In this document: positions 47,801 through 58,269 of the stretch, in pieces | Layout of the letters: each line of letters begins with the position of its first letter | Position numbering within the stretch: position 1 is the first letter of the stretch | NCBI GenBank assembly: GCA_965112735.1 | Contig: OZ218952.1 | Coordinates: forward strand, 2,480,001-2,544,000 | Origin: Phaeosaccion multiseriatum | Taxonomy: Eukaryota; Protista; Ochrophyta, other classes | Direction of reading: 5' to 3' | Length of the DNA stretch: 64,000 nucleotides | The notes under the pieces: generated by a model | The model's database searches: none | What the model saw: only the letters and a program-made list of their open reading frames with translations | What the model was told of the DNA's origin: nothing | Translations under genes and position numbers: made by a program

Positions 47801-50048
47801 GGCTCTCGTGGCCGCGAGGAGGGGGCTGCTGACAAAGGACCTCCTTGGCAACACCGCAGCCTCCCCGACTTGGCCATCACTCACCCCTGCATGGTCTCTC
47901 AGGGGGGTGGCTTCAAACCTGAAATCGTCCCTCGCCTCCTCCTCGTCGAATGACTTGGCCGGAGCGGAACGGATGGGAGTGTCATGGTCCTCGTTGTTGT
48001 TGTCGGTAGCAGGGTGCTGCTGCTCTCCTTGCTTCTGCTGTCCCTTCTTAGCCTCGCCCTTCCCTCCGCTGCTGCCGTCCTCCTCCTCTTGGCCCTCGTC
48101 CTCTTGCCGCGGCTTCTGCTGCTGCTGCCGAACCACCATCTTCTGATGCTGCTGCTGCCACAGCTGCTGCTGTCTCAGATACTTGGCAGTACCACCTCCT
48201 CTCCCTCCTCCTCCTTCTCCTCCTCCTCCCCCTCCTCCTCCTCCTCCCCCTCCTCCCCCTCCTCTACCTTGGCTATTGAGCCACTGCTGGCGCTGCCTCG
48301 CGGCATTCTCCTCGATAAAGTCCCTCCTCTCAGCCTCTGACACCCTCCGGATCTTCGAGAAGAACCCCATCAGTGCCTCCGACACTCTCTTGCTCTTCTT
48401 GTTGCTGCTGCTGTTGGTGCTACTATTGCCCATATGGCTACTACTACTACTGCTGCTGCTGCTCTTGCTCAGAGCCGCTTGGCTGTCGTCTCCTTCGCGG
48501 CTACTTACGCTCGAAACTGTCGCTGTCTTGCTCAACTTCTCTTCCTCCTCCTCCTCCTCCTTCTCCGACGAAAACAAGGTGGCCGGCAGATCGATCTCAA
48601 TTGCCTCTGGAGGAGGGAAAAGGGTAGTGGCAGTATTCGTGGTAGTAGGGTGGATGTTCAGCGGGCTCCCCTGCCCCTGCTGTATTACCAACTGCTGCTG
48701 CTGCTCCAGTTGCTTCAATCGCTCCTGCAGCTCTGCCTCCTTCAGACGTAGCTGCTCTTCGCGCTGCTGTACCACCAACTGCTGCCCCTTCTCCGCCTCT
48801 CGCAGCGTTTCCTCTCGCGCCATGACGGCATCCTCTCGCACCTTGGCCAGCCGTGCCCTCTCCTGAGCCTCCGCCGTCGCCGCCTCTTGCTGCCGTATCA
48901 CCAACTGCTGCCGCTCCCTCTCCTCACTTCCCTGGCGGACAGCAGCGGCCAGCCGTGCCTGCTCAGCGGCCTCCGCCTTCTTCGCCTCCCCCTCCCTTTT
49001 CTTCTCCTTCTCCTCCTCGACCTCCTCCTCCTCCTCCTCCTCCTCCTCCTCCTCCTCCTCCTCCTCCTCCTCCTCCTCCTCCTCCTCCTCCTCCTCCTCC
49101 TCCTCCTCCTCCTCTTTGTTTTCGTGTTTCTTGTAGAAGACGGGACCTGTCTTCTGCCTAATCGAAATCTTCTGTCGCGTTGTCTCCTTCACCTCCTTGT
49201 CCTCCTGTTTCCCCTCCCTCTGCTCCTCCTCCTCCTCCTCCTCCTCCTCCTCCTCCTCCTCCTCCTCCTCCTCCTCCTCCTCCTCCTCCTCCTCCTCCTC
49301 CTCCTCCTCCTCATCGTCGCTCTCGTCGTCATCGTCGTCGTTTACCGTCCTCCCTGGTCCGAAAACTGTCCCGAGTAAGCCTGGTCCGACCCCTGTCTTC
49401 TGCCTTATCGAAATCTTCTGTCGCGTTGTCTCCTTCACCTCCTTGTCCTCCTGTGTCCCCTCCCTCTGCTCCTCCTCCTCCTCCTCCTCCTCCTCCTCCT
49501 CATCGTCGCTATCGTCATCATCGTCGTCGTTTACCGTCCTCCCTGGTCCGAGTACTGTCCCGAGTAAGCCTGGTCCGACTCCTGTCTTCTGCCTCATCAA
49601 AATCTTCTGTCGCGTTGTCTCCTCCACCTCCTTGTCCTCCTGTGTCCCCTCCCTCTGCTCCTCCTCCTCCTCCTCCTCCTCCTCCTCCTCCTCATCGTCG
49701 CTCTCGTCGTCATCGTCGTCGTTTACCGTCCTCCCTGGTCCGAATACTGTCCCGAGTAAGCCTGGTCCGACCCCTGTCTTCTGCCTCATCGAAATCTTCT
49801 GTCGCGTTGTCTCATTCACCTCCTTGTCCTCCTGTTTCCCCTTCCTCTGCTCCTCCTCCTCCTCCTCCTCCTCATCGTCGCTCTCGTCGTCATCGTCGTC
49901 GTTTACCGTCCTCCCTGGTCCGAATACTGTCCCGAGTAAGCCTGGTCCGACTCCTGTCTTCTGCCTCATCGAAATCTTCTGTCGCGTTGTCCCCTGCACC
50001 TCCTCCTCCTCCTGTTTCCCCTCCCTCTGCTCCTCCTCCTCCTCCTCC

Positions 50049-50102
<54 letters not shown>

Positions 50103-50881
50103 CCGTTCTCGTCGTCATAATCGTCGTTCACCTTGCTCCCTGGTCCGAATGCTGTCCCGAGTAGGCCTGGCCCGACCCCTGTCTTCTGCCTCCTCGAAAT
50201 CTTCTGTCGCGTTGTCTCCTCCACCTCCTCTTCCTTCTCCTCCTCCTCCTCCTCCTCCTCCTCCTCCTCCTCCTCCTCCTCCTCCTCCTCCTCCTCCTCC
50301 TCCTCCTCCTCCACCTCCTCTTCCTCCTCCTCCTCCTCCTCCTCCTCGCTGTCGTCGTCACCCTCCTCCTCGTTGGAGAGCCTTTCCCGGGGGGTCGCTG
50401 CCCCGATGCCGGCCTTTTTCCTAGCTGCAATTCCCTGCTGAACTTTGCTTATCTCCCCTCTTTTCCCCGGTGTCATCAACCGATCGAGGAAGAGAGAGCC
50501 CGTGACAGACTGGCTGGGGGTCTTTTCGTCATAGAAGGATACGGTGCGATCTCTATCGTCGTCATATTCCTCTCTGTCCTTCTGCTGCTGCTGCTCCTGC
50601 GACGCTCCACTCTGTTCGCACGCGCGAAGAGGAGAGTGGGGGGGGTGAGGGTAGTAGGTAGGGTAGGGTAGGGTAGGGTAGGGTAGGGCAGGGTAGGGTA
50701 GTAGGTAGGGTAGGGTAGGGTAGGGTAGGGTAGGGTAGGGTAGGGTAGGGTAGGGTGGGGCGGGTCAAGTGCAGGACGGGTACAAAGGGAAGTGGACAAC
50801 GCCGCTAATCACGTGCGCGCCGGTGGTCGAGCGGGTGGGTACCCTCCGGCCATGCATGGGTTGCACCTCCATTCGTGCCAT
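39810..50881 (-). CDS. Giant (~2750 aa) repeat protein with C-terminal RGS-like domain and degenerate LOV/PAS domain (helmchrome/RGS-LOV-related)
   Basis: Exons 50881-50843 (tentative), 50611-46811, 46581-43349, 42896-42691 and 40795-39810 total 8265 nt with all phases compatible. RGS-like: ESLQSMIPLREVRDAIQARL...FAFIQGV...AEAEVEDIACAVAEDVVPDFVASGLY. PAS/LOV-like: AGWWTLLSLLIDNLPFAATVADMS...PIVKANEHFREMMGMSLGEMVG...HLLVCHKPLFVAGQYTYSFCAYLDV, then the helix QLLQMIACVLHLLP. Confidence 0.72.
40843..42543 (+). repeat. Uninterrupted (GAG)567 trinucleotide tract, 1.7 kb, in the intron that splits the LOV-like domain
   Basis: Direct reading; 567 consecutive Glu codons in the track ORF 40804-42726. 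Confidence 0.95.
43021..43295 (+). repeat. (TACA)n microsatellite, intronic
   Basis: Direct reading; (TGTA)n on the sense strand just after the donor at 43348. Confidence 0.95.
45768..46445 (-). repeat. Coding tandem repeat, ~117-120-bp units x~6 (HTAHQxFLAQLDRQRSSSSTSSSHGERNxxKETATDA)
   Basis: Near-identical DNA units within the exon 46581-43349. Confidence 0.85.
49145..50230 (-). repeat. Coding tandem repeat, ~180-240-bp units x6 (ETTRQKISxRQKTGVGPGLLGTVFGPGRTVN + poly-D/E)
   Basis: Seen in DNA and in the translation of ORF 46778-50479. Confidence 0.92.
50658..50756 (+). repeat. (TAGGG)n pentanucleotide microsatellite, intronic
   Basis: Direct reading. Confidence 0.9.
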
Positions 50882-51083
50882 TTGAGACTCGAGAGGAGCG
50901 AACCGGGATGGAACGTTCCCCACTGCACTCTCTCAAGCCCTCCTTCCCGTCTCTCTGTCTAGCTCTATCTTGACGTGCGGTACGAACGCGTAATTCCACA
51001 CCTCCTCTCAACGCTCTCAACCTCTCTTCTCTCCTCTCATTACGACAGCTCGCCTCCCCTCCTAGACCCTCTCTCTTTCCTCT

Positions 51084-52466
51084 CTATCCGCTTGTACCTC
51101 TCTTCCTCTTGAACCGTACCTTGCGGGCCGCCCGTAAGGCTCTGGATGATCGAAGGGGGGTCTTTCCACCTCTGCCACTGGAGGAGGAGGAGGACGAGGC
51201 TTTGTGTGCATTGAACGGTTTGTAGCCTTCTTCGCCAACGAGATCAATGCTTGCGTCTCGACACGTGTCGATGATATTGACGGAGTTTTGCATGCCCGCG
51301 AAGGATGGGGCCTGCCAATCAACCAGCTCCGTGCTGCCCCGCAAGGACAAACCCTTCAACTGAATAACCGTACGCCACGCACGCACACACGCCACGCACG
51401 CATACACACACACGCACGCACGTAGGGTGGAGGGGAGATAGCAGGCACGCAAAAAGAGGAGTAGAAAGGTTCTCAGCTGGCGGCTAGGTAGGCATGCGAG
51501 TCATCTTCTCCCTCCCTTCCTCCCTTCCTCCCTCTCTCCCTTCACTCACGTTGGCGCCCGAGATAACGTTCTTGCTGACGTTTTGGTTCTGGTTCCGCTC
51601 CAGCCTCCTCTTGGCGACATTCTCCTTCACGCGGTCGATCATCTCCTGGTACCTGTTACAAGCGTTACAAGCGTTACAAGCGTTGCAAACAAAGTAGAAC
51701 AGCGAATTAGAGAGTGTGTGAGAAGGAGGGATATAGAGAGAGCTACCCCCCCATCCCGAAACCTCAATGTCTCACAACATTATGGCGGTGCTCTGCAGCT
51801 GAAATTGAAACCTCCTCCACCAACAAGCGTACCTCTTGTTCTTCATGGCTCGCAGCGTGAGGCGCTTCACCTTGATACGCTCCGCATTCAGGGTCTTTCT
51901 CAGCGCCACAATGCGATCCTCGCTGGCCAGCTGGAATGATGCCATCCGCTGGTCCTGTTTCTCCCTCATGCGGCGCAGCTGTTGGTGGTGCCGCTGCATG
52001 AGGCTGTCTAGCTGGCTGCCCCCTGCACCCCAGTGGTTACGAATGAGCCCTCCTGCTACCTTGGCCTTCCATCGTTTGTCCTCCTCCGTGTTGATGCCCC
52101 CCGCCCTCCTCTCCATCTGCTTGGCGACCTGGAGATGAATGGGTGTACGTGGGTGTATGGGTGTATGGTGTGGGTATAGGGGTATGCGTGGAAGTGGGTC
52201 AAGAGAAAAGAGTTCGGTTTTCCTTTTCAGACAACAGACAACACCAGAACACCACAAAGCACCGCACACGCACACACACACACCTTGTGCCTGCCGTGCT
52301 CGTGCAACCTCTTGGCGCAGTACAGAATGTGCGTGACGTCCTTGTTGGGCACTCGGGTCGTGTACGTCTTGCGTTGATTGTGTGTGCACAAATACTCGTG
52401 TGTACAGTTGCATCTCGTGCCCTTCGTCGCCGCCCGGGCCGTGGCCATGTCCACCATCTCCAGCAC

Positions 52467-52511
<45 letters not shown>

Positions 52512-54455
52512 CGTGCGCGCGTGGATGGGTGTATGTGCGTATCAGTAAGGAGGACACCCTGGGGTGGGACGGACCCACCCGCTTTCTGCAAGTGTAGTAC
52601 ACGGTGGAGCCCATCACAACGAAGACAAAAACGCCCGCAGAGATTACACATCGCCACCCACCCGCTATCGCGACTTCCTCTGCAACCCACCCACTCACCC
52701 ACCCACCCACCCACCTCCTTCTCATGCTTGGACTTGAGGTTAGCTTCCTCCTCCGCGCACTCGTTCTGTAGCTCCTTGAGCATTCGAGCATTGGCCACCA
52801 CCGCCTCCTGCATGCGGCGCTCGTGTCCCACCGCCAACTGCATGAACTTCCTCTGCAGTAAGCGGTCCTCCTTCTCCTTAGTCTCCTCCTTGAGGTCCTT
52901 CTCGCACTGCTCGATCTGCTCATCCAGCTCCAGGACCTGTGCGCGTTGTGTGTGGGGGGGGAGTTGCATGTGTGTGTGTGTGTGTGCGTGCACGCGGAGC
53001 GAGGACGAGCGAAAGAACCATGCGAGGGAGTTAGTACATACATATGCCGAGGTTTAGACGGGAAGAAGAGAGGCCTTCTACCCACTGCCCACAAGGAGTG
53101 TGCTATTTCCCTGTGCCCCTACCGGCCCACCTGTCTGCCTGTCTGCCTGTCTGCATGTCTGCATGTCTGCCTGTCTGCCTGTCTGCATGTCTGCCTGTCT
53201 GCCTCTCTGCCTGTCCGCCTGTCTGCCTGTCTGCCTGTCTGCCTGTCTGCCTGTCTGCCTGTCTGCATGTGTGCCTGTCTGCCTGTGTGCCTGTCTGCCT
53301 GTGTGCCTGTCTGCCTGTGTGCCTGTCTGCCTGTGTGCCTGTCTGCCTGTGTGCCTGTGTGCCTGTCTGCCAGTCTGCCAGTCCGCCTGTCTGATTCCCC
53401 ACCACACCCACCGCCCCCGCCCCTCCCCCTACCTTCGCCCCAATCCCGAGCTTCTGAAAGATTGCCCTTTCCCTCTGGAGAGCGGCAAACTTGTCACTGA
53501 GGTCAGCATCGAAGCCCGTCGAGGAATCCGCCGTAGAGTCGTCTGGCTCATCATCCAGCTCGGGCTCGCCTCTGTTGTAGGATACGAACGGGGGGCAGAA
53601 AGGAGCCCGACAGGCACGACGAAAAGAGAACAGAACGCAGATTACACTTCACGGCATTGAAAGAAGGATAGAAACTCGCAAGTCCCCTCTCCTATCGCCC
53701 TCCTCTTCCTTTTCTTCTCCCTCTCCTTCACCCGCCCTCTTCTCTCCCTCTCCCTTTCCCTTCCCCTCTTCTCTCCTGCTGCCTGAAAGCCCTCTTTTCC
53801 ACTTTCGTGATCCACACACACACCTATACTTGGTCAGAGCGGTGATGCCCGTAGAGGGGGATACTGCTTCGGCTTTGTTCAGCACTGCTTTTCTCATGGC
53901 CAGCTTTAAATCCACAGGCACAATCGGCCTGTTCCCCTCTGTCTGCGCGAGCATCATCATAACACCCGCATTGTAGTCGTTGATGATTCGCTGGCATAGC
54001 TCCGGATCTTGCCGCACGGGAGAGAAGCTCGGCGCGGTCTCGTCCATCCCTCCAGCGGAGGTACCTGGGCCTCGTCCCCCGCTCTTAGAACTGTGCCCCC
54101 CCTTGTCAGGGCTGCGACTCTCCGAGCCTGCTGATACTCCTCTCTCCCCTACCCTCCGCTTCGGGCTCCTTCCCCTCGTGTGGGGAGAGTGCATTAGGGC
54201 AACATCATCCAGCACGAGGGCGGCTCTCGTCCGGTGTGGGAAGGGGTCCCCACCCGCCGTGTGCGGCCTTTGCCGGCCCTTTGTTGGCCGGGCGGGCGAG
54301 AAGCGGGAGAGGGCCTGTGGCTGCTTCGAGGGCTGCTTCGTGTAAGGGCTCAAAGCCAGACCGCCCTTGCTCCCTCTTCCTCCCCCTCCCCCTGCTGCTG
54401 CTGGTGGCGCTGTCGTGCCAGTGGCACTGTATGGTCTTGTCATTGTCATGGCCAT
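51084..54455 (-). CDS. Uncharacterised coiled-coil protein with a CxCx3YLCxHN motif (paralog A)
   Basis: Spliced exons (54455-53824, ~53572-53433, 52936-52715, 52466-52284, 52128-51832, ~51652-51550, ~51358-51084) are collinear and homologous with the + strand gene at 58270-62836, with shared intron positions. Confidence 0.85.
53130..53392 (+). repeat. (TGCCTGTC/TGCCTGTG)n compound microsatellite, intronic
   Basis: Direct reading. Confidence 0.9.
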
Positions 54456-55114
54456 GTCTGCAATGTACTACTTCAGGCTAAGAAGGCCCTGACCTCCCCA
54501 AGAAGGCATGGAGCAGCACGAGTTATCATGATATATACGTAAACATCAGCCCAGAGAGGCGTAGAAGAGGTTGAGCATGCTTGCACTCTTGCTGCTCCCT
54601 GGTACGTGTCCTGCACGATCCCTGCCCCGAACGTAACGCCTATTTATTTTACTCTTAGGCGGGGCGCGGAATCCACCCCCATCTCCCCCCCCCCCCAGTC
54701 TTTTTCTCCTCTTTCCCCCTACCCTCACAAAGATGAGCCACCTCTGCTCTTATTAGTCCCCATTCAAACGCCCCAGCAACCATATGTCGTCGCGCGGAAG
54801 TGGGGGGACGATATCCACTCCTCTCCTCCAGGGAGGAGGAGGGGTTGGCTGTGCCCAAGCCACCCTTGGGCAGCGGTGCCGTCTGATTACGAGCTATGTG
54901 GTTGAGGAGTTTCGAGGCGCCGGGGATAAGGTGCGCGTGGACACAGAGGAGGTCCTGCAGTGGCAGTGCCTCGCTCGATGAAAAGCATAGAAGGAGGGAG
55001 AAGAGGGGGAGAGGGAAAGAAGTTTCACAGCAAAGAGGGAGAAAAGGAGCTGTTCAGGCATTGTGCGAGACCCACGCTTGCCTTGTTCCTACTCCCCAGC
55101 CACCTCTTTGAATA

Positions 55115-57074
55115 ATGATGGAACTACTCCTTACAGACGACTCTGAATCCCACACATCAACTTCACAGGCAGACGAAACCGAAACACCTTCATCCGCCGA
55201 GTACGGGGGCAAGTACCTTCGCGCCACGGTGTGGTGCGTCCTTCTTCTTAGCGGCTGGGGGCTGACTCGCCTCACGTGCGCGTACGACCTCCCGAGCGAC
55301 TGCAACCTCGCCAACCACCCCTTGGAAGTCATGTCTGATGTCCAGGTCATGCTAACGTACGGAGTCATGCAGGCTTGGCTCTGTGAGGTACTTGTCCCCA
55401 AGAGGTTCTCCCATCTCATGAACAGGCGCAGGCTGTGGTATTTCTTGCTCTCTTTCTACGGCAGCGGCCTCATCTTTAGCGCCGTGAGCGACCTTCCGGG
55501 CTTGAGCACGAGCCTCAGCTCAGGCGAGAGCTACACGGTGGGGCAGCTGTCAGTGTTTATCCTCTTGGCTGCGGTCCTCGTAATGGAGGTGGTTTGGCAC
55601 TTCTGGTGAGTTGAGTGAGTGTATAAACTGATGAGTTGAGTGAGCGAGTTAGTGAGGGAGGAAGGGAGGGAGGGAGAGAGAGTGACTATTGATTGAATGA
55701 GGGAAGCAATGAGTGGATGAGAGTGGATGAGCGAAGGAGGGAGAGAAGGAGCAAAGGAGTGACGACTCACTGACCGAGAGGCGGACTGATTGAGTGGACG
55801 AGAGTGGGTGAGGACTGAATGAGTGATTGAGTGAGTGCGTGGGCGCATCGCTTGCCTGCCTGCACCCACTCACGCCAGCACCACCACCCTTCCCACTTCA
55901 GATGGGGGAGAGGGGGGAGGGTACTGGCAGGACGACAGCCCTGAAGCAGGGAGACTCGCTCAATCATCCAGTCACACCTAACACCACACCCATCTGCGTG
56001 GCGCCGTCCCGCGCATAACCAGGTATGCCTGGTACAGGTACCACACTGACGCACCTAAAAGGCTCCGCATGTACTTTCTAAGGTGAGGTACACAGCACGA
56101 GACTCGAAACGAGGCGTAAACGAGACATACACGGGACCATATGCGGGTAGCTGCAAGTTACACCTTCCTACTCCATCCGAGGGGGCACATTACTTGTGTG
56201 TGTATGTCTCAATGTACCGTCAGGCTGATGATATGTTCTTTCCTCCTCTCGTAAAGCTGTCCTTGCAAGCAAATGCTCACTCAACTTGGGGGGTGGCACA
56301 TCTAGAAAGATGTGAGGAGAGTAAGACAGGAGAGAGTGTGAGAGAGAGAGGGAGAGAGGGGGAGACAAGAAGCGAGAGAGTCCGACATCGGTTAACGAGC
56401 TTCTGCCACCCCGTTCTGTTTCTCCTAAACGAATTGATCTACACACGCATACATGCACACAAACACGTACACCCACGCACACACACACACACTCACACAC
56501 AGCCGAGGATCGATCTTCATATACTTCTTTGCCTACGTGGTGCTTGTGCTGGCCACGGCCTCCACTTATGAGTTCCATCACTATGCGGTGGCCTGGGCAG
56601 CCTCTCTCATTGCTCAGTTCGAGAGCGCTTTTAGCTCCGTCTGGCTCGGCTGCTGTGCGGGTATCTTCGTCCAAGGTGAGGGAGGGAGGGAAGGAGGGAG
56701 GGAGGGAGGAAGGGAGGGAGGGGAAGGAGGGAGGCAGGGAGGGAGGGGGGGGAGGGAAAGAGGGAGGGAGGAGAGGGCAGCAAGGAGGCGAGGGGGTGTA
56801 GACTCGCTCGTTAACCGTGTGTATTCTGCAGCACTGTGCCATTCACTGCCACCACTGTGCGTACACCATACACGCCGTCCTTCTTTACCCACGCACACAC
56901 TCGTCAAACCCATAAAAGGGCACGCTTTGACTGACTCTGTGACCACCTTGTGACCACCTTGTGACCACCTCCCCCCCCCCCCCTCCCCCTCCCCCTTTCC
57001 GGCATCTCTCTGCTGTGCGGCGAAAAGGCTGTGGCGCTTATCGAACGGCCTTTCTTTTCTATGAGCAGGACTGA
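55115..57074 (+). CDS. Uncharacterised multi-pass membrane protein with HHY...W...F....S....G...GIFVQG..AY motif
   Basis: Exons 55115-55605, 56023-56082, 56503-56676 and 57028-57074 join in phase and give about six hydrophobic segments, ending GCCAGIFVQGCGAYRTAFLFYEQD*. Confidence 0.75.
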
Positions 57075-57696
57075 TTCAGTTTTTTGTTTCAATGTATTAG
57101 ACGCTGTCAGATTCTATCCCAAATTGCTTGGCACGACGGATGGAGTGGAACGAATGAGGCGAGAGTCGCAATCGCGCTATGGGATGTCGTACGTCTTTGT
57201 AGGGAAGTAGCGAGTGAAGTCATATGTCAAGTCAAGTGAAAGCAAGCAGCGTGAGCATCGTCATCCTATGGAGGGCGAGTCTGGATGGATGGGTGGATGG
57301 ATGAAAGCCACCTCTGGCTATTAGCGGAGGGGCTGGAGGCGGGGGGGCTGAGCCGTCCCCAGTGACCCCGCAAGAGAGACAGACACAGAGACAGGGACGG
57401 AAAGACGGAAGGGAGGTGAGAACGACTCAAACGAAGGCGGGGCGGAGTCGCACGCGGGCAGGGGGGCTTGGAGCGGCTCTGAGACAGACCCACTTACACA
57501 TGTACGTCTTTCAGCCACCACCACCAGCAGCAGCAGCAGCAGCAGCAGTAGCAGCAGCCGCCGCAAGAGGAGCTTTTCCTTCCTCCCTGAGCCTCCGCAC
57601 TACACCAAAGCTGCGCGGCGCGTCATGTTCGTCCTACGCCCTGCTCAGCTCATGGGGGCGAAACGCGCGAAACGCTCGAAACAATGGCCTGACTGA

Positions 57697-57770
57697 CCTG
57701 ATTGGGCGCCACAGGGGTGCGGCTGATGACAGGCCTGGCTGAGTGCGAGTCACCCAATCGGTGACGTCAT
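57697..57770 (+). promoter_or_regulatory. Putative promoter elements upstream of paralog B: two CCAAT boxes in opposite orientation and a TGACGTCA palindrome
   Basis: ATTGG at 57701-57705, CCAAT at 57754-57758 and TGACGTCA at 57762-57769 in a unique CpG-rich intergenic stretch. Confidence 0.3.
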
Positions 57771-58269
57771 TGCTTAGTGCCCGATTCTGCGAGGGGGAGC
57801 GAGGAAGGCGAAAGGACATTAAACGGGTAGACAGCTGAAGGCTACGGTGGTGCCTATTGTCCACACAAGGGGGCTTAGAGCGATGAGACAGAGAGGGATA
57901 CATAAGGAGAGAGGGAGAGAGGACGGCCCGGACAAGGGAGGAGGTCCTGGGCTTTGTCTCGTAACCCCCCCTGCTCGGTTTCTTGTGCCGCGATGGGGGC
58001 ATGGAGACGGAGACGGGGAGGGGGACGGAGGCAAAGGCCATACGTGAGACAAGAGAACTAAGGCATTGAGCCGACTTATTACCCTTCTCAGTAAAAGTCC
58101 TCTCACTAAAAGCTAGCTAGGCGGTAAGGAAAGTGGAGCTCGATATTCCAGAAGTCGACACTATGAATCTCGATATCAGCCTTGTCAACGAACGTTACAG
58201 AAATCGACGTGAGCTCAGCCTGAGAAAGGGGGGCTCTGGCAAACGCGGAGGAGCCACGACACGAAGAGC

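Noticed and set aside
50658-50756. (TAGGG)n as interstitial telomere
   Set aside because: The unit is a pentamer, not TTAGGG/TTTAGGG, and it sits in an intron like the other microsatellites.
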